A program made the translations under genes and the position numbers. Shown one piece after another: positions 28,932-41,927 of a stretch of DNA of 64,000 bases (position 1 is its first letter; every line of letters starts with the position of its first letter). Source of the DNA: Eledone cirrhosa (taxonomy: Eukaryota); assembly GCA_964016885.1 (NCBI GenBank), contig OZ024742.1:338458001-338522000 (forward strand), read 5' to 3'. Below the pieces are notes generated by a model, which was not told where the DNA came from, made no database searches, and saw only the letters and a program-made list of their open reading frames with translations.

Positions 28932-29149
28932 CTGCGGAATTATATTCTCATTTACTTCCGCTCTGTATCACGTTTGGGAGTCAAAATATTTTGCTCTGAA
29001 TTTTTACATCTTTTCACTTCTCACCTTTCTGATATAAAGTATCTTTATCTGAAATATATTATCTGTCCCACTCGGAACATATGAGATTAACAATAGAGAA
29101 ATATTTGAATTGAAAAACTACCGGAGGAACATACGAAGAAGAGGTAAGT
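28932..29149 (+). promoter_or_regulatory. Putative promoter/non-coding first exon of ZNF copy 3
   Basis: Consensus donor GAG|GTAAGT (GT at 29144-29145); ACTTCCGC (ETS-like) and TCACGT motifs; paralog of 13482-13699. Confidence 0.55.
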
Positions 29150-29981
29150 AATTTTGAAAGAAGTTGTTTGTGAAATTTTATTAATAAACGTGAATTGTTG
29201 GTGATATTCTGTGTAACTTATAACATATAAATATATATGAATAAATAATCTACAAAGGATCAACGTGACAACATCTGTTTAATTAACAAAATTACATTTG
29301 TTCCACCTCGACTCTATTTTATCAACATTGGCCGCCAATTATGTTATCAAATCAACTCCTTTCCCTTCCCAATTGTCTTATATATAGGATATTATATTCT
29401 CTTCCAAATTATCGTAGATGTATGATATTATGTTTAGTATCGTCCTAATTATCTTAGATATACGATATGATATAAATATCAGACATTTGATGTCAGTTGA
29501 ATTTGTATAAACTACAGGCGAGTCATTTCTTTTGTTCATATGAAATTGATTTAAAGCGGAGAAACACCAACATTTCCTGTTATAGCGTGTAATTGAGTGA
29601 AATATCCCCTTAATTCTGGACCCAGTTGGATTGTCCAGGTTTGCTGGGACGTGACCAGATGGTAAGAGGTTAGGGATCATATTTAGGACGTCACAGCGAC
29701 TCTTATGCTCCTTCGCATATCCTGCATGTTGCGGTAAAGGTTGGGGTCACTGTGTCTGTAGTCGAGCAATATAGTAATGGTAGTATTATAGACAGATACC
29801 CCCACCGATTTAAGTGAGTAATAATTGTTTTCTTTTTCTCCCCGTGTACCATCAGTTCAACTGACGAGGTTCACTCGAGAGGTTTTGAGACATTTTCCAC
29901 TGGGCACTCTGTCTCTTGGTCTCTTGATAATAACAGACCTTTCGTTCCCCTCCCGTTGGTTAGGGTTAATAGGTAAAGAAA

Positions 29982-31228
29982 ACACACACATCCACCAACT
30001 GTCCTTTACACAGCTGTACAACTCCAAATCTACACCGATCAACAATAAATTTAGTAACAAAGTAGCACTTGACAAATTCACTGTCTCCACTTATAGAAGC
30101 AACCCCAGAGAAAATAAAATACAACCTATCAACTATCATACTGAACAATAGAAATGTACCACTCATAAAATACACAACACTCGATACACAACACCTTCCC
30201 AACACATCATCATCACCGGTTAATGTCCATGACGATGAGTCTAAATTCTGTCCCAAGCAAGGAGGCTCCTGAGAGAGGTGCTTATCCCAGTTTCGGGGGG
30301 TTAAGCAACTCAGTTCAAAAGATCCCCTTGACAGGACACCAGTCTATCAAAGGATTAAACCCCCAGCTATTGCTGGTACTCATTTTGGGCTGAGTATACT
30401 GGAGCAACATGAAATGAAGTGTTTTGCACCACAACCAAATCCAGGCTGGGTGCTTTTTGTCGTGATACCTACACGACCACTTTACAGTGTGGGCTGGGTT
30501 CTTTTTGTTGTGTCGCCATCACAACCATTTTACAGTGTGGGCTGGAGGCTTCACTGGATGTATACTACAGCCTGTCTTCATAAGAGATGTATGGGAGGGA
30601 TGCATACAATATATATGTATGCTTCAGCTTCAGCCTGTGCTCAGGGAAGATGGGTCTTCTGTATTACTCATAATGCCAGAGATCCTGGTGCTGTGTCATC
30701 ATCTTTGAGAGGTGCAATTGAGCAAACTCAGCTTTTATCACCTTGTCCTAAGTCTTCCTGGATCTCCCCACTTCAAAGCTTCCATCGACTTTGAGTACTC
30801 TGCATCTGTTTATACAGCTGTCATCCTTCATCATGTGTCCATACCTATGCACTCTCCTCTCCTGCACACTGCATCTGATTCCTCTTATCCCTAGTTTCTC
30901 TCTCAATTCATTTATGCTTTGCCCTTCCCATACTACATCCAATGGAGCATGCAGACTTCATATTCACTAATACATAATATGGACTCACATCTACATTGTT
31001 TTAGATACAAAACTCATGTTCCAAACACATGCGATATCACAGCCAAACAATAATGATTCCTAATCCAGAGGTGGGAGGGCAAAGTCAATTATATTGATCC
31101 CAGTAGTCCACTGCTATTTTATTTTATTAACCCTTTAAGGATGAATGGCAAAGTTAACCTTGGTAACATTTGAACTTAGAAAGTAAATGGCCATAACTAC
31201 TATATATAGTCATATATAAGGTAAAAAA
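29982..31228. repeat. Right arm of ~1.24-kb inverted duplication
   Basis: Reverse complement of 25172-26419 with few substitutions. Confidence 0.95.
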
Positions 31229-31368
31229 CATCTTTCTTTTTTATTGTATACAGATGACACATTGTGTGTATATATTCCTATATCTAACTTACTATATATT
31301 TATTATGTATATATTACCAATATCAGTCATACTGTATATATATTCCTATATCTAACTTACTATGTATA

Positions 31369-33242
31369 ATAATAATAATAATGAAATTATTGTGTACAGT
31401 GCTCAGGTGCACTACAACTCATCAAAGGTGCATGTATAGTACATAGAATAATGTACAAATATCAGGAAAATGAACAGTGTACGAGTCATGATATAATAAC
31501 AATAACAATAATGAAATATTGTGTACAGTGCCCAGGTGCACCACAACTCATCAAAAAAGTGCATGTACAGTACATAGGGCAATGCACAAACATCAGTAAA
31601 ATGAACAGTGCACGAGTCATGATACACACGTGTGCATGTGTATGGAAGGGGTACATCAGGTGTAGTTTTGGCGTATTTCGGGAAGCATGAGTGTCTTAAA
31701 GGATGCAGTGTCTCGGCAGCTAACAATTGACGCAGGCAGTTTGTTCCATGCTTCAGCAACTCTGAGCGTGAAAAAATGTCTACGAAAGTCATGGGAGCTG
31801 TGCTGTTTTCTGATCTTGTAGGCATGTCCACGTGTGTTAGACACATGGAGATCAAAGAGGCGCTCAGGGTTGCAATTGGCGAGATGGTTAAAAACTTTGT
31901 GGGTATTCACCAAGTCCATTGCCAGACGTCGGAGCTTCAATGAATCCATGCCCAGGGAAGCAAGGCGTTCAGAGTATGGTAGGTGTCTGATGGAGGGTAT
32001 GCGCTTGGTTGCACGTCTCTGAACAGTTTCCAGGAGGTCAATGTTCTGAGCAAGATAGGGGTTCCAGACTGATGATGCGAATTCCAAGTGTGGTCGTACC
32101 ATAGCTGTATACAGTTTTAAATAGATGGCTGGAGAGCGGCTAACAAAGGTCTTGCTGAGTGATGCCAAGACACCCTCGGCCTTCTTGACAATCTTAGAGA
32201 CATGCTTTGTCCAACGCAAATCGTTGCTGACAGTAATGCCCAGGTCACGTTCACAAGAGGACTTTTTGATATCAGTGTTGTGGAGGGAGTATGTGGACGC
32301 TGGATTTTTCCTTCCAAAATGCATGGTGGTACACTTGTCCACAGCCAGCTTCAGTTGCCAGTCTGTGATCCATTGCTGCATTGTGTCCAGGTCTGATTGT
32401 AGGAAAGAGTTGTAAATTTCAGGATCAGTCCTTTTGATTTCAAGGTACAGCTTGATGTCATCTGCATATTTTAGTACCGTGGCATTCTGTAAGTTGGCAT
32501 CTATGTCGTTAATATATGCCACAAACAAAAGAGGACCAAGAACAGATCCCTGTGGTACACCAGATGACATCTCATATGGTGAAGAATGCTGTCCTAGAAC
32601 CGTGACTACTTCTTTTCGGCTGAGAATGAAGGATTTCAACCAGTCGAAAAGATCATCCCTCACACCCATTGCAGAGAGTTTTGCCATAAGTCTTTTGTGT
32701 GGCACAGAATTAAAAGCCTTAGCAAAGTCAAGGTAAACAACATCCACCCATGAGCCGCTGTCAGTGATCCGGGTGATGTCCTCAAGGAACTCGATAAGCT
32801 GATCACAGCAGCTGGAGTTAGGGATAAATCCAAACTGTGAGGGCCGGATGAGGCTGTGAGAGCTCCAGAAGTTCCAAAGTGTTTCTCTGACACAGGATTC
32901 CATCAGTTTGGCCATACAGCTAGTAAGACTGACTGGACGATAGTTGACAGGTGACGTGCAATCACCCTTTTTGAACAGGGGAATGACACTGGCAGTTTTC
33001 CACTGCTCTGGAGTAGCACCATTGTTGAGACAGTATTGAAAGAAGAAAGAAAGCTGGCGCAAAAGGAAATACCCGCCACGTTTGAGAAGCAGGTATGTCA
33101 CACCATCAAGACCAGGGGAGGCATAGTTGCGCTTATTCTTAAGGTGACGTCGCAACATTGCAGGTGTAAATTCCATAGTTGTTATGGAATTTGATGTTAG
33201 AGATGGTGGAGATGGTACATTCTGGTTTTCAACAGTAAAAAA
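31369..33242 (-). mobile_element. Young 5'-truncated CR1-clade LINE with intact RT frame (31656-33176, 506 aa)
   Basis: [44 protein letters not shown]; (ATT)n tail; TSD ATGTATA at 31362-31368 and 33243-33249. Confidence 0.95.
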
Positions 33243-33244
33243 AT

Positions 33245-33890
33245 GTATATATTTCCAATATCAGTCATACTGTATATATATCCTATATCAGTCATACTGT
33301 ATATATATTCCTATATCTGACTTATTATGTATATATTTCCAATATCAGTCATACTGTGTCAGTCATACTGTCATCCTATATCAGTCATACTGTCATATAT
33401 ATTCCTATATCTAACTTATGTATATATTTCCAATATCAGTCATACTGTATATATATCCTATATCAGTCATACTGTCATATATATTCCTATATCTGACTTA
33501 CTATGTATATATTACCAATATCAGTCATACTGTATATATATCCTATATCAGTCATACTGTCATATATATTCCTATATCTGACTTATTATGTATATATTTC
33601 CAATATCAGACATACTGTATATATATCCTATATTAGTCATACTGTCATATATATTCTTATATCTGACTTACTATGTATATATTTCCAATATCAGACATAC
33701 TGTATGTATATCCTATATCAGTCATACTGTCATATATATTCCTATATCTAACTTATTATGTATATATTACCAATATCAGTCATACTGTATATATATCCAA
33801 TATCAGTCATACTGTATATATATCCTATATCAGTCATACTGTCATATATATTCCTATATCTGACTTATTATGTATATATTACCATGACTG
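33245..33890. repeat. Intronic AT-rich minisatellite, ~85-bp higher-order period
   Basis: Composite units; spurious ORF starts recur every 85 bp (33418, 33503, 33588, 33673); continues at 31265-31368 on the other side of the CR1. Confidence 0.9.
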
Positions 33891-34114
33891 TCGTCAAGAC
33901 ACTTTTCTCTAATGACTTATAATGTGTCAACAGTTAAATATCCCTAATATTTTATTCTCTCTTTATATATTTCAGATTATCTGAAACTGTTTCTTTACAA
34001 CTGAAACATCTTCAGACTTTCACAAAGATAACAGTTGAAGAAAATAGTCTTGAAAATATTTTGTGAAAAATTCAAGAATAAAAGTAATTTACTGTTTTGT
34101 AAAGAATATTTGAA

Positions 34115-36352
34115 ATGATGGAGAAAAAAGCATACCATTGTGTTACCTGTGGTCAATCTTTCCATTCTAATTCTTCTTTACGAAGCCATAAACGTATTCA
34201 CACTGGTAGAAGACAATTTCCCTGTGATATCTGTGGTAAAACATGCTCTGATAATTCAGGTTTAACTATACATAAACGTACCCACACTGGAGAAAAACCA
34301 TACCATTGTGAAATCTGTGAGAAAACCTTCTATGATAATTCTGCTTTAACTACACACAAACGTATTCACACTGGAGAAAAACCATACCGTTGTGAAATCT
34401 GTGGTAAAGCTTTCTCTGGGAAGAGTATTTTATTGATTCATTCCCGTAGTCACACTGGAGAAAAACCATACCACTGTGTTATCTGTGGTAAAACATTTTC
34501 TGTTAAATGTTCTTTAACTACACATAAACGTATTCATACAGGAGAGAAACCATACCATTGTGATATTTGTGGTAAAACCTTCTCAGTTAGCACCTCTTTA
34601 TCATCACATAAACTTAATCACACAGGTGAGAAACCATACCACTGTGATATTTGTGGGAAAGCATTCCCTAAAAATAGTAATTTGGTGAAACATAAACGTA
34701 TTCACACAGGAGAGAAGTCACACCATTGTGAAATTTGTGGTAAATTATTCTCTCAAAATAGTAATTTAGTGGCCCATCAAGTTATCCATACAGGAGAGAA
34801 ACCATACCATTGTGATATTTGTGGTAAAACATTTTCTACAAAGTGTCAATTAAATGCACACAAGCGTACTCACACAGGAGAACGACCATTTGAATGCGAT
34901 ATTTGTGGTAAAACATTTTCTAATAAAAACACTTTAACGTACCATAAACATATTCATACAGGAGAAAAACCATACAAATGTGATACATGTGGTAAGAGTT
35001 TTGCACTGAGTCAGTATTTATCTAACCACAAACTTACACATACAGGAGAGAAGCCATACCACTGTGATATTTGTTTTAAAACATTCTCTCGAAATAGAGA
35101 GTTATCTCAACACAAACGTATCCACACAGGCGAGAAGCCACACCACTGTGATATCTGTGGTAAAGCCTTCAGAATTTCTGGTCATTTAACTCAACACAAA
35201 CGTACTCACACTGGAGAGAAACCATTTCATTGTGATGTCTGTAGTAAGTCATTCACTAATAGCTCTGCTTTAGCCAAACACAAACTTGTCCATACTGGAG
35301 ATAAGCCATATCCGTGTGATATTTGTGGTAAAAACTTTTCTACTAGTAGTATTTTAACCAGACACAAACGTATTCACACAGGAGAGAAGCCATACCATTG
35401 TGATATCTGTGGTAAAACATTCACTGACACAAGTTCCCTTTCATTTCATAAACGTATTCATACTGGACATACTGGAGAAAGACGACATCATTGTAATATC
35501 TGTGGTAAAACATTCACAGGAAGTCATCATTTATCTGAACACCAAACTATTCACACAGGGGAGAAGCCACACTCTTGTGATGTCTGTGGCAAAGCATTTT
35601 CTCAAAAAAGTAATTTGTTGAGGCATATACGTATTCACACAGGAGAGAAACCACATCATTGTGACTTTTGTAGTAAGTCCTTCTCTTGTAGTAGCACTTT
35701 GATAGAACACACCCGTACTCACACTGGAGAGAAGCCATACCCCTGTGATATCTGTGGTAAAGCCTTCAATTCAAATAGTCATTTATTGAGCCATAAACGT
35801 ACTCACACTGGAGAGAAACCATATCACTGTGATATCTGTGGTAAGTCATTCTCATGTAGTTCTTCTTTAGCCAAACACAAACCTATTCATACTGGAGATA
35901 AACCATACCATTGTGATATTTGTGGTAAATACTATTCTACTAATATTATTTTAACCATCCACAAACGTACTCACACAGGAGAGAAGCCATATCATTGTAT
36001 TATATGTGGTAAAACATTCAGTTACCCGAGTTCTTTTTCATCTCATAAACGTATTCATACCGGACAGACTAGAGAAAAATCCTACCAGTGTGATATCTGT
36101 GATAAATCATTCTTTAAAAATAGTCATTTATTAGCCCATAAACGTATTCATACAGGAGAGAAACCATATCAGTGTGCTTTCTGTAGTAAGACCTTCTCTT
36201 CTAGTACTTCCTTGAAAACACACACTCGTTCTCACACAGGAGAGAAACCATACCAGTGTGATATCTGTGATAAATCATTCTCTCAAAATAGTAATTTATT
36301 AAACCATAAACGTATTCACAAAGGTAATAAACCTAAAAAGACACTGAACTGA
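34115..36352 (+). CDS. Poly-C2H2 zinc finger protein, copy 3 (745 aa, 26 fingers)
   Basis: Uninterrupted ORF; acceptor AG at 33974-33975; AATAAA at 36357-36362. Confidence 0.95.
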   Translation: MMEKKAYHCVTCGQSFHSNSSLRSHKRIHTGRRQFPCDICGKTCSDNSGLTIHKRTHTGEKPYHCEICEKTFYDNSALTTHKRIHTGEKPYRCEICGKAFSGKSILLIHSRSHTGEKPYHCVICGKTFSVKCSLTTHKRIHTGEKPYHCDICGKTFSVSTSLSSHKLNHTGEKPYHCDICGKAFPKNSNLVKHKRIHTGEKSHHCEICGKLFSQNSNLVAHQVIHTGEKPYHCDICGKTFSTKCQLNAHKRTHTGERPFECDICGKTFSNKNTLTYHKHIHTGEKPYKCDTCGKSFALSQYLSNHKLTHTGEKPYHCDICFKTFSRNRELSQHKRIHTGEKPHHCDICGKAFRISGHLTQHKRTHTGEKPFHCDVCSKSFTNSSALAKHKLVHTGDKPYPCDICGKNFSTSSILTRHKRIHTGEKPYHCDICGKTFTDTSSLSFHKRIHTGHTGERRHHCNICGKTFTGSHHLSEHQTIHTGEKPHSCDVCGKAFSQKSNLLRHIRIHTGEKPHHCDFCSKSFSCSSTLIEHTRTHTGEKPYPCDICGKAFNSNSHLLSHKRTHTGEKPYHCDICGKSFSCSSSLAKHKPIHTGDKPYHCDICGKYYSTNIILTIHKRTHTGEKPYHCIICGKTFSYPSSFSSHKRIHTGQTREKSYQCDICDKSFFKNSHLLAHKRIHTGEKPYQCAFCSKTFSSSTSLKTHTRSHTGEKPYQCDICDKSFSQNSNLLNHKRIHKGNKPKKTLN

Positions 36353-38089
36353 GAGGAATAAAGTCAACACACTCCAAACTGTCACATGGGTTGGATGGGA
36401 CTTTTTGAGGCAATGTTTTACAGCTGGTTCCCTTCCTGATACCAATCTTTCACTGACTTCCTTCAACATAGAGGAATGTGGTCCAAGTATTCTAAACTGG
36501 ATACACTAATTTTGTTACTCTTGTATAATGTTTTTGGTATTATTTTGAATATTTTCTACTTTGATGTAAAATGAAAATAATAAAATATGCAGGTGAAGTT
36601 ATTACCACACTTGACAGTTTGTTGTTGTTTTTGTGTGTGTGTGGTGATGGCAGTTCATTAGAACATTGAACATAATTTACCTTATATACTCAAATATAAG
36701 CCGACCCCCTATTATATGGCTGAGAAATAATCCAAACCTTGTTTATAAGCTGAGGCAAGTAATCAACTCATTATGCTTAGATGGGGCAATTTTGAAATTC
36801 TCATGAGTGGAGAATACATTTATGAACTTTTAATATTTTGGTATTTTAAATGTTGTAATCAGTATACACTGAGAATGAAGAACTCACAGCTGTATGGGGG
36901 CTTCCCAAAAGTCAGCTCGAAAATAACACAGAGGTGACTGAGGTTAGCTGAATTTTACCCACCCTAGATAGAAATGTAAGTATTGTTAAGAGTATAGTTT
37001 TTGTTTTACAGCTGCAGTACATAATGATTTTTTACAACCATTCTAAAGACCTTATTCATTCAAAACAAAAAAAAACAGTAGGGAATACAAATTTCATGTC
37101 AAAAGTGAAACTGGTTATTTACTTCCAAAGCAAAAATATTTTAGGATCTCCTTTACGAAGAAATTGGTGAAAATCATCAATATATTGATCTCAAATATCA
37201 ACCAGGCTCTCATTTTAACATCGTTTATTTTTTTTTTACCTTATACACAAGTATATGTGGTAGTTATATATATGATGGCTGCAAACTCTGCTAAGAGTAT
37301 TGCAATTGTTTGTCAGATTACAGAGTTTGGTGCACTCTTAGGCCAGCCACATGATCCTGTAACAGCTTCTGAACAAGCAATGCTTGTGCTTTGAAGGTTT
37401 TTTAAGTGGGGAAAGGCCTTGCACTCGACCAATCCCACTCTCTGACCATTGAAAACACTACCCGAAAAAGAGAACTGGTCAACATCATCGGATGCTTCTG
37501 AAGCCGCAGATTTCTTTTTCAAAGTTTCCCTCTCTTAGAAAGGTGTTGTGACAACAACTGGGGCCCTTTCACTCCCAAGTATAAAAAAAAAAATTTAGTG
37601 CTATTTGGATGGTCGTTGACTTGGCTGAGTTCTGCCCTTTGTCGGGTCTTGTATTTCATCTCGCAGGGTGCCCAAATATCACCCTCACCTTGGTGGGGTT
37701 GCCGGTTTAATCGCCAACGACCCGACCATGAGACAGGTTGTACCGGGTTACATTACATGTTACCATTAGCACTCGAAAGCGACCTGAGATAAATATAAAT
37801 ATATATATCGGCAGTCGATTGACTTTTGTCAAATCGGACGAAGGAAACAATGTTACCATTGGTCTTTCCAATTGCTAATACTATCTATAGGTTGCAACTC
37901 TCTCTATATATATATTTATATATATGTATATATCTATATATATGTATATATTGCTAATGAAATAAAAAAAAAAGCATGCACTATATGGTTCTCACTTTAT
38001 CATTATTATTATTTTTTGGTTATTTCGTCAAAGATCTTTCATTACACATTCTGTGACCTTCTGAATAACTATTTGTTCTTAGTAACACA

Positions 38090-38400
38090 ACGCCTCAGGC
38101 TTCGCGTGTGCGAGCCACAGAGATGCTGTTGTGCAGCAGTGGTCGACAAATTCTGTCTGTACGTGTTATCTTGTTGCCGGCTTCCCCGTCACACTGCTAT
38201 GAACAAAATCATGAGAAGGAGCCTCGACATGACAAGCTACAATTGGAGCCAGTTAGCCTCGATTGTGGTGATGGCAAGCTCCCCGACAGATAAACTCTTT
38301 TCCCTTTCAATAGGGGCAAATCTGTAATTTTGGACGCGACGTGCAGCGACTCAATCTCCAAGCTCGTCACTTTCGCCATAAACTCGAGCTTCGTTGACCG
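38090..38400 (+). mobile_element. CRE-clade fragment (zinc knuckle/RLE)
   Basis: LRLRVCEPQRCCCAAVVD...PRHTAMNKIMRRSL and LEPVSLDCGDGKLPD. Confidence 0.7.
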
Positions 38401-38704
38401 ACAAATCATAGGAGTAATTAATGCATCTCTCTCTTTATATATATATATGACCAAAAGTTTATATGGTTCGTTGATTATTCAACAAATTCAATTTTACAAT
38501 AGATTAGAAGCACTTGACAGGAATTTATCTGGAGTATCTATAATATTATTCAAAATATTAATAAATGAGAAATATTATCATAACCAAAGTATATATTTTA
38601 TTAGACATATTTCAAAGGTACAATGGTGTTTCAGTACGTTTTCATCAGATAAAATATATGGGATTGGTTATACGACATACCGCTAAAGTCTTGAATCTTC
38701 AATT

Positions 38705-40980
38705 CCTAAAATTCAAGCATGTTCTACAACGTGAGGTGTTCAGGATTGCTAGACAATGTGTCAAGGAAAACCGTGATATTGTCGGGGAGAAGTGTGTCCG
38801 AAATGATAACGGTGTACTTGCCCTCACTAATGCTGATAAGAAGATAGCCTGGAAGTGTCACTACGAGAGACTATTAAATGAGGAGAATAAGTGGGAAAAA
38901 GATAGTCTGCCCCAAATTGATCCAATAGAAGGGCCAGCGGTGCAAGTTAAAGGTAGTATAATAAGTAAGGCAATCAAAGATATGAAGAGTGGCAAGGTAG
39001 CTGGGTCTTCAGAGATAGTTGCTGAGATATTGAAGGCATCTGAAATGGTGGGACATACTATGGTCACCCATATAGTTAACCAAGTAATACAGAATGGGGT
39101 CATACCAAAGGACTGGCGTAGCAGCATCATCATTAACTGCTACAAGGGTAAAGGAGATGCTCTAGATAGAGGAAACTGTAGAGGCATTAAGTTAGTTGAC
39201 CAGGTCATGAAGGTCACAGAAAGAGTTATAGCGCAACTAATCAGAGAGCGAATTGATCTAGATGAAATGCAGTTTGGGATTGTGTCAGGTAAAAGTATCA
39301 CAGACGCTCTTTTTCTTGTACGACAACTACAAGAAAAGTACCTAGCTAAAAGTAAACTCCTCTACTTAGCTTTTGTAGACCTGGAGAAAGCCTTTGACAG
39401 AGTCCCCCCGCTCCATTATATGGTGGGCTCTTAGAAAACTAGGTGTAAATGAATGGCTTGTGAGAGCTATACAAGCTATGTATCATGAAATAGTCAGTAA
39501 GGTTAGAATTAACAATGAATATTGTGACGAATTTAGTGTAAAAGTTGGTGTTCACCAAGGCTCTGTCCTTAGCCCCCTCCTATTTATTATTGCCCTTCAG
39601 GCTATAACAGAGGAGTTCAAGACCGGCTGCCCATGGGAACTCCTATACGCAGATGATCTAACGCTCATAGCTGAATCAATAGCTGAACTAGAGAAGAAAT
39701 TCCAAACATGGAAGCATGGCCTAGAATCAAAAGGCCTTAAAGTTAACTTGTCTAAGACTAAAGTTCTAGTTTGTAGGAAAGAAAATAGGGCACCGGTCCC
39801 ATCTGGGAAATGGCCATGCTCAGTGTGTAGGAAAGGAGTAGGCAGAAATTCAATTCAATGTCCCAAATGCAAAGTATGTGTACATAAAAGATGTAGTGGG
39901 ATCACAGGTAAACTATCTAAGAACGTAGTCTTTATATGTGGCCGATGTTCAGGTACAATAGGTAGCAAGTGTCCACAGGATACTAGCTCCTTCTATTGCC
40001 CAGATGGTTCTATAGAAATAGTAGACACTTTCCGTTACCTGGGTGACAAAATCAGCAGTGGTGGAGGGGCTCTGAAAGTACAGTAGCTAGAGTCAGAACG
40101 GGATGGAAAAAGTTCAGAGAGCTTATACCGCTGTTGGCCACAAAAGGTTTCTCTCTAAAAATGAAAGGCAGATTGTACGATGCTTGTATACGAACAGCAA
40201 TGCTTCATGGCAGTGAGACATGGGCATTGCGTGCAGAGGACCTGCGCAGACTGGAAAGGAACAAAGCATGCATGCTCCATTGGATGTGTAATAGTAATAT
40301 ATGTGAACAGCAAAGCATAAATGAACTAAGTGAGAAATTAGGAATAAGAGGGATCAGATGCTGTTTACTTGAGAGAAGACTACATTGGTACGGCCACGTG
40401 ATGGGCATGAAAGACAACTGTATAAAAAAGTGCAGGGCGATCAAAATTGATGATAGTTATGGAGTAGGTAGACCCAGAAAAACCTGGGACGATCTGATAA
40501 ATTCCGACCTTACACACTTGCATCTCTCTAAAACAATGTCACTGGACCGAGATCTTTGGCGCTACACAGTAATACAGAAGACCCGCCTTGCCTATGTACA
40601 AAGCGAAACCTACAGTTAGTAGGCACCTCTTAACAAAATATACACCCCAATCCACTACCCCTACCCTATCCTCTCACTCCCACCAACACCACTCTCTCTC
40701 CAAATAAATGAGATCGAGATCGTGTAGGTGTCACAAGAAAAAACACAGTCCACGTTGTAATGTGGTCGTGTAGGTAACACGGTAAAAAGTTCCCAGTTCC
40801 ACACTGTAAATGTGGTTGGTGTTAGGAAGGGCATCCAGCCGTAGAAAACCTGCCAGATAGTCCTATATGAGCAAGACACGGTCACCCGACCAACCTTGCC
40901 TCAAGTGGGACAACTCCCATCTAACCCATGCTAGCGTGGAAAATGGACGTTAAACGAAGATGATGATGATGAGATGATGA
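38705..40980 (+). mobile_element. RTE LINE, 5'-truncated, frameshifted
   Basis: WKCHYERLLN, YKGKGD, FVDLEKAF, LLYADD, PHD-like insert, GRPRKTW, (GAT)n tail. Confidence 0.95.
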
Positions 40981-41220
40981 TACAGAAATTTCCAGTCCCC
41001 ACCCCTTTATTATTTGGGACCCGAGAGTATCTGAATGAATATATAATTTTCATAATCACCTAGGTTATCTAATCAACATAAAAAGTTAATTTCAATAAAT
41101 AAACATTTTATTCAACATATATTGTGTCTCTCAGGTTCAATCAGGAGTAACCATAGTAAGGTACTCAATACATCGGTAGAGTCTAAACATCATGTTTAAT
41201 ATATGTGTGTATATATATCA

Positions 41221-41536
41221 ATGATATTAATAAATGGAAACTATATTTATAAAACCATATTTATTCTATTATATATATTTCAAGGGTACCAAAACTTTGG
41301 TACGCTCTCATCAGATAAAATACAAAGTTTGTTTTATAAATATTGACATATCCAGGAATGAGACCTTGATAGGTGAAACTTGAACCGTTAAGGTCTCATT
41401 CCTGGATATGTCAATATTTATAAAACAAACTTTGTATTTTATCTGATGAGAGCGTACCAAAGTTTTGGTACCCTTGAAATATATATAATAGAATAAATAT
41501 GGTTTTATAAATATAGTTTCCATTTATTGATATTAT
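41221..41536. repeat. Near-perfect palindrome (147-bp arms, 22-nt spacer)
   Basis: 41221-41367 is the reverse complement of 41390-41536; about 2 mismatches at the outer end. Confidence 0.95.
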
Positions 41537-41630
41537 ACTCTAGAAAACCTGTCGAGTGCTTTGAAGCTGTTATAAATATATTTGTTGAATTACCAACAAA
41601 TTAAATATTCCTTTGCTTATATATATATAT

Positions 41631-41925
41631 CGAAAGGTTGTGAGTTCAATTCTCAGACCGGGTGATGTGTTGTTTCCTTGAGCAAGACACTTTATTTCAC
41701 ATTGCTCCAGTTTACTCAGCTGTAGAAATGAGATGATAGGGACTGGGGTCCCTATCATTCCACTGCAAAGTGGTCGTGTAGGTGCCACGGAAAAAAAGCA
41801 CCCAGCACTCACTGTAAATGAGGTTGGTGTTAGGAAGGGCATCCAGCTGTAGAAATCAAGCCAGAATCAGTTCCCGTCCCACCCTTGCAAGCAGGGAAAA
41901 GCGGACGTAAAATGATGATGATGAT
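41631..41925 (+). mobile_element. SINE family B, 5'-truncated
   Basis: GAGTTCAATTC B box, CCTTGAGCAAGACACTT body, RTE-type (GAT)n tail. Confidence 0.85.
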
Positions 41926-41927
41926 AT

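Noticed and set aside
29855-29900. Second hammerhead candidate CTGACGAGGTTCACTCGAGA
   Set aside because: GAGA instead of GAAA and no convincing stems I/II.
33184-33912. Stack of Tyr/Ile-rich ORFs (also 19148-19444, 53151-54309)
   Set aside because: Translations of the AT-rich minisatellite.
38565-38705. N-terminal extension of the 289-aa RTE ORF as a fusion protein
   Set aside because: Chance read-in from AT-rich flanking repeat into a 5'-truncated LINE.
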